64,000 nucleotides of DNA, taken from Candidatus Cloacimonadales bacterium (GTDB lineage Bacteria > Cloacimonadota > Cloacimonadia > Cloacimonadales > JAFGVF01). The stretch is taken from the NCBI GenBank assembly GCA_963678315.1, contig OY782781.1:1952001-2016000 (forward strand), in the 5' to 3' direction. A model generated the notes under the pieces. That model did not search any database. It had not been told where the DNA came from and saw nothing but the letters and a program-made list of their open reading frames with translations. The translations under genes and the position numbers were made by a program. Positions 60,101 to 64,000 of this stretch are shown here, piece after piece. Position 1 is the first letter of the stretch, and every line of letters begins with the position of its first letter.

Positions 60101-62226
60101 AAGAAGATACACAAGGATATCATGCTAGTAATGATGAATTTTATTGTACAGCTTCTACTGTTCCAAGAGGTATAATTTATTATAGTGATGGAACTAATCC
60201 TGATCCTGTTGATCCTCCTTCTGCTAACTATCGTATGAACTCTTTTGCTAACATTAAATTAGAGTTCGGTGAAATTCCTAATGAACCAATGTTAACTGTT
60301 TATCCAGTAAATACAACTTACGAAATGGTTCCAGTTGACGGTGAATCAATGGAAAGACAATTCACAATGAGATCTATTGGTCTTCAACCTGTAACAGTTG
60401 CTAGTGCTCCTGTTTTAGGTGGAGATGACGCTGATCAATTTACAATATCAAATGACGATAATACTTATCCATTAACACTTGCATTTAATGAAACTGCAAC
60501 ATTTGGTGTTAAGTTTACTCCTACTAGTGAAGGTACAAAAAGTGCTTCTATTGAAGTAACTGATGATGCAGCAAGAATTACTCATACTCTTAACTTAGGT
60601 GGATACTCTTATGCAGATGATGGTAATGATACCATTGGTGATGCATCTACGTTAACACTTCCTGTTGATGGTGAGACTTACGCTATTATGCCAGTAGGTG
60701 ATATAGATTGGTATAAAATTCCAGCTATGGGTATCTTAGATACATTACTAGTTCATACTGAAATGACTGGTGGATCTAATATTAACTTAAAAGCATGGAT
60801 TTATGGTCCAGCTACTAATCCAGATGATATTGACTTAGCTTCTCCACTTGCAAGTGGTGGTTCTTCTACTGAAATCCAAACTGAATTGCCAGCAAGTGGT
60901 GACTATTACCTAAGAATTGCTGAATACTATAATGGACCAAGCTCAGCTATTAATCCTAGAACAAGAAAGAATGCTAATGGAAGCAATGAAAGAAATACAC
61001 GTGATGATATCGGACTTTATAACTTATTTGTAGATGCTATCTATAATTACGATTATAATGAACCAATTGATGTTGCAGCTGAAAATCAAAACGGTTATGT
61101 TGAAATCACATGGACTGAACCTGAATACGAAAGATACTTAGTAAGTTATGATATCTATAGAGACGAAAACATGAACGATGAAAATTGGGGTAGCATAATT
61201 AATGATAACCCAATTCCAATTGGAACTAACACTTATAACGATGCTACAGTTATCGTTGGTACAACTTATGGTTACACTATAGTAGCTAACTATGAAGATC
61301 CAGAAGGTTCATCTCTACACTCACAACAAGTTGTTATTACATATCAAAGTATTGGTGCTCCTCTTTGGGGTGATGACTTTGAAGAATATGATGACTTTGC
61401 TTTATCAATGGATCAATGGATTCAACATGATGGTGATGGTGCAGATACTTATAGTATAAGTGAAGTTGACTTTGCTAATGCTGGTTCTCCAATGTCTTAT
61501 ATCGTATTTAACCCATCAGCAACTACTCCTCCTCTAGAAAGTATGACTCCTCAATCAGGAGAAAAATTACTTTGTTCATTCTCTTCTACTGAAGGATATA
61601 ATGATGATTGGATTATCTCTCCAAGAATTACAGTTGGAACAACATCTGTTCTTTCTTTCTATGCAAGATCTTATACTGATGATTATGACTTAGAAAAATT
61701 CAAAATATTAATGTCATTAGGTGGAGAAGATCCTGAAGATTTCGCATATTCAGTTGGTTATGAAGGTGATTATATAGAAGCTCCAAACGAATGGACTCCT
61801 TATTTCATCAACTTAAGTGAACTTCAAGGTACTTCTGTAAGATTTGCTATCAATTGTGTTAGTGAAAATGCATTTATCTTCATGATAGATAACTTACGTT
61901 TCGATTCTGATAACGCAGTTCCAACAGTTGATAATGAAGTAATCCCAGTAGTAAGTAGCTTAGAACAAAACTACCCTAACCCATTCAATCCTGAAACAAC
62001 AATCTCTTTTGATGTTCCTCAAGCTAACAATGTTTCTATTGACGTTTATAATATTAAAGGTCAAAAAGTTAAAACACTTGTTAATGAAAACATGCAAGCA
62101 GGAAGACATTCAGTTGTTTGGAATGGTAAAGATTCTAACAATAAGCAAGTTGCATCAGGTGTTTATTTCTACAAAATGAAATCAGGTAAATATAGTAAAA
62201 CTAAGAAAATGATTCTTATGAAATAG
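57193..62226 (+). CDS. Large acidic secreted multidomain surface protein, paralogue 2
   Basis: Collinear domain-for-domain with 51736-56760; ATG at 57193 follows AAGGAG (GTG at 57187 is the alternative). Confidence 0.85.
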   Translation: MRKKISFVMVFLMTLISLSAVYVEIGAGTEINQYVPAYGWFDNSWSRSIYLQTEIQNAISINMLSYHVGQDGDNYEMINQKIYIKHTTDTSYDAATYVDPLSDESYELVFDGSITWNGIGWNDIQLDTEFDYNGTDNIEILWINEDGSYVTAEPNFSGTTLETPRAMYKYQDGEFPAVDGTLINILPNIRLHFAAENEPGLPTLVSPANNSFNLATEVECTWETGDNTTGIAFYFGEDMNLVSSLDETVLIAEDLTTTSYTMSDLDNLTTYYWRVVASNDVSEFLSMSPVWTLTTNPGDDIVMIGNGELTNQALPMEPFYGYTVSQSIYLNEWLNVENKRVEEISYYYNGGSGFTEDNIQVYIGYTNLTQFETTESWIALDQLVEVYNGAFTVPAEAGWVTITLDTPVNLPNSENLVIAFESNTTGYFSSSDEFLCTSSMENSSIVKYSDSQNYDFITPPEGTLKTAYPNVMLAIDDISTEAEIFVSPTEIVWDETVINTATAPTTISVRNLGINPLTISSIVLDEETNFTLTDNNTYPAQVTGEPLQVDVVFNPTAVGDYTGNITVTEGDGSETMITLAGSGYDQVISEFPHFEGFDDLATGELPRDWLRYVISTSDYAVVGASTYSQFEGDACFKLSNSSDTEATLLAITPPIDNLPARRVRFMAKGSTAGLQMAIGTVNLVDSTFTVRDTLTLTNDYTQFAHNFANYEGTDVNIGLQLINNGSTYQTIYLDNFYIENIPTGPAGIVHSDTLDFGDVYLNRTGVAMFEAQNWGIDDFVINLTDEGNFSFPENTVTIDPESIGNVTVLFTPSEEGEFLGSFTFTTNDPNVTNLTIWGRAFVLPALPDNIAVIGTDELTNQHMPIEPFYGYTYSQVIYYANEIGIEGQQIEKISWYYNGNSAWSGDEFKIYMGHTDEVSFETNDSWLDINEFMTVYTGTLDVTDQAGWIEFELDIPFVYDYTQNLVVAVEEDTQGYHASNDEFYCTASTVPRGIIYYSDGTNPDPVDPPSANYRMNSFANIKLEFGEIPNEPMLTVYPVNTTYEMVPVDGESMERQFTMRSIGLQPVTVASAPVLGGDDADQFTISNDDNTYPLTLAFNETATFGVKFTPTSEGTKSASIEVTDDAARITHTLNLGGYSYADDGNDTIGDASTLTLPVDGETYAIMPVGDIDWYKIPAMGILDTLLVHTEMTGGSNINLKAWIYGPATNPDDIDLASPLASGGSSTEIQTELPASGDYYLRIAEYYNGPSSAINPRTRKNANGSNERNTRDDIGLYNLFVDAIYNYDYNEPIDVAAENQNGYVEITWTEPEYERYLVSYDIYRDENMNDENWGSIINDNPIPIGTNTYNDATVIVGTTYGYTIVANYEDPEGSSLHSQQVVITYQSIGAPLWGDDFEEYDDFALSMDQWIQHDGDGADTYSISEVDFANAGSPMSYIVFNPSATTPPLESMTPQSGEKLLCSFSSTEGYNDDWIISPRITVGTTSVLSFYARSYTDDYDLEKFKILMSLGGEDPEDFAYSVGYEGDYIEAPNEWTPYFINLSELQGTSVRFAINCVSENAFIFMIDNLRFDSDNAVPTVDNEVIPVVSSLEQNYPNPFNPETTISFDVPQANNVSIDVYNIKGQKVKTLVNENMQAGRHSVVWNGKDSNNKQVASGVYFYKMKSGKYSKTKKMILMK

Positions 62227-62267
62227 TATCGTTTGAATGTATAATTCATAGTTAATAAAAGATAATT

Positions 62268-62294
62268 AGGCTGACCTTGTGTCAGCCTTTTTTT
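62268..62294 (+). terminator. Intrinsic terminator
   Basis: AGGCTGAC-cttgt-GTCAGCCT followed by TTTTTT. Confidence 0.85.
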
Positions 62295-62551
62295 ATTGCT
62301 TATTCTTTCATAGAAAATAAATGTTAAAGATCCTTCATGCTTTCCAAGTGGTATATTACGAATATATTATTCCGAAGTGATAAGTTGTCTAAAGCATAGC
62401 ATTAAACCTAATGCATTATATGGGTTAAAACTCACTCAAAAGAAAAGGGTCTCCTGCATTAAAATACTATTTAATGCATGTGACTCTTAATGATGAACTA
62501 TTTTTTTATATTGGAAATAAGGGGGAAATAAATTGTTTTGCTAGATAGAAA

Positions 62552-63166
62552 TCATTTTATATTGCTAGAAGTTAGTGAACCTTTTAGGTAGTCCATTTCA
62601 TTCTTTAAATCTAATTTAACTTTTTCAAAGTCTTCTTTAGATTCAACAAAATGTTCATCTCCATAGGCGATATGGATTGTAGAGAAAGGTTTTGGGAATC
62701 TAAATTTATCCCATGAATTAAAAACCCATTCTTTATTTATATCAACAGCTATGGGAATAATAGGCTTTTTAGTTAAATAGGCTGTTGTAAGAATACCATC
62801 TTTAATAGAATAAATAGGACCTCTAGGTCCATCTGGAGTGATGGTTATTGGGTAATGTTTTAAGTGTTTAATAATGTTTCGTAAAGCTGTTGTACCACCT
62901 CGTGAAGATGAACCTCTAATTGGTTCAAAACCGAGTTTTGAGACTGGACCAGCTATCAATTGACCATCTTTAGAATTCGAAATCATTGCTCCAATGTTAT
63001 TGTATTTATGAGCTAATGTTAAAGGAATTTGGTCTCTATGCCATATCATGTAGATAGCAGGATAGTTAACAAAAGGTCTGTTTCGTTTGATTTTAACTGT
63101 CCAGCTTAAAAGATTAAGTAATCCAGCTCCTAGATATGATTCAGCTTCAAGTAAAAACTTATTCAT
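62552..63166 (-). CDS. DUF374 lysophospholipid acyltransferase family protein (LpxJ-like lipid A late acyltransferase)
   Basis: WH, IS.SKDG, RGSSSRGG, TPDGPRGP, SWDKF..PKPFS; overlaps lpxB. Confidence 0.8.
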   Translation of the reverse strand: MNKFLLEAESYLGAGLLNLLSWTVKIKRNRPFVNYPAIYMIWHRDQIPLTLAHKYNNIGAMISNSKDGQLIAGPVSKLGFEPIRGSSSRGGTTALRNIIKHLKHYPITITPDGPRGPIYSIKDGILTTAYLTKKPIIPIAVDINKEWVFNSWDKFRFPKPFSTIHIAYGDEHFVESKEDFEKVKLDLKNEMDYLKGSLTSSNIK

Positions 63167-64000
63167 TTGATAGTCTCAAAATATGCTGTGCAACTCTTTC
63201 AGATGCATGTTTATTCCCTAGTAATGAACTAATTGAGTTAAGCTTAGCTTCAAAATCTTTGTAAAGATTGCTATCAGAAAGATAATAGTTTGCTTGTTTT
63301 AAAATATTGGAGGCTGTAGCTTCTTCTTGTATAAGCTCTTGAACAACTAGATCATCAGCAATTAGATTAGGTAAACCAATATATTTAATCTTTAGTATCT
63401 TTTTAGCTATAAAAACAGAGAGTTGATTTGCTTTGTAGATTATTAAGAATGGTGTTCCAATTAGGGCTGCTTCCAGAGTAGTAGTGCCAGACTTAGTAAC
63501 TAAGAAATCACTATGCTTCATTATATCATAGTTGTAATCAGTAATAACTTTTACATTTTTAAGACTATAAAAACTGGAATACATATCTTTATATGATTGA
63601 TCAGCAAGTGATATAATATATTGATAGGCAGGATTACTTTGGATTATATCATAAAAGAGTGGAAGGTGACGTTTAAGTTCCATTCTTCTACTACCGGGAA
63701 AAAGTCCAATAGTAGTTCTATTAAAATTAAGCTCCATTTCAGAAAAAAAGGCTTCTTTAGTATATTTTGTTGAAATCTCTTCAGCTACAGGGTGTCCAAC
63801 AAATTCATTTGCTACATCATATTGATTGAGTAGGGGAGACTCAAAAGGATTGATGCAACAAACAAAATCAGTATAATCTCTAATTTTAAAAACTCTTTTA
63901 TGCTTCCAAGCCCAAAACTGGGGACAGATATAGTAGAGCACTTTGATACCTAGCGACTTAGCAATCTTAGCAATTCTCAAATTAAGTCCTGGATAGTCGA
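63159..64000 (-). CDS. lpxB: Lipid-A-disaccharide synthase (5' end outside the window)
   Basis: DYPGLNLRIA at the window edge, YYICPQFWAW, PFE, FVGHP, PGSR, SGTTTLE, IGLPN, ELIQ. Confidence 0.95.
   Translation of the reverse strand, partial: DYPGLNLRIAKIAKSLGIKVLYYICPQFWAWKHKRVFKIRDYTDFVCCINPFESPLLNQYDVANEFVGHPVAEEISTKYTKEAFFSEMELNFNRTTIGLFPGSRRMELKRHLPLFYDIIQSNPAYQYIISLADQSYKDMYSSFYSLKNVKVITDYNYDIMKHSDFLVTKSGTTTLEAALIGTPFLIIYKANQLSVFIAKKILKIKYIGLPNLIADDLVVQELIQEEATASNILKQANYYLSDSNLYKDFEAKLNSISSLLGNKHASERVAQHILRLSNE

Noticed and set aside
56500..62226. Near-identical 3' ends of the paralogues as a DGR template/variable repeat pair
   Set aside because: No reverse transcriptase in the window, both copies are coding, and the differences are not adenine-specific

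Overview
AT-rich bacterial chromosomal window with no phage, IS or CRISPR. Gene content suggests an LPS-producing FCB-group anaerobe, most likely Cloacimonadota-like (inference from PorV, many proteins with a FlgD-Ig/T9SS-type C-terminal sorting domain, a C25 gingipain-like protein and lpxB). It holds housekeeping genes (tRNA-Leu(CAA), mfd, PPi-type pfk, phosphohexomutase, ppiD-like, rpsO-pnp-ahcY, galE, ugd, tadA, tcdA, tatD, lpxB and an lpxJ-like gene) and a heterodimeric ABC exporter. There is also an LPS/surface-polymer modification operon (MsbA-like, TagD, two TagF-like, ATP-grasp, GT9, LicD, LicC-like) and six secreted CTD-bearing proteins, two of them tandem ~1,675-aa acidic paralogues. 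The most unusual items are: (1) a modular intergenic mosaic element at three loci (~14.5, ~38.2, ~50.7 kb), made of a ~50-bp hairpin found in both orientations, a variable GAGTTAG array, a conserved ~65-bp double-hairpin core and shuffled REP-like palindromes; (2) a TerB-like/FHA-like/ABCG-type fused transporter followed by a helical lipoprotein; (3) secreted Ntn hydrolases whose catalytic Cys appears to be exposed by signal-peptide removal; (4) an unannotated 26-aa membrane peptide and several structured leaders. All protein calls come from motif reading, not database searches.
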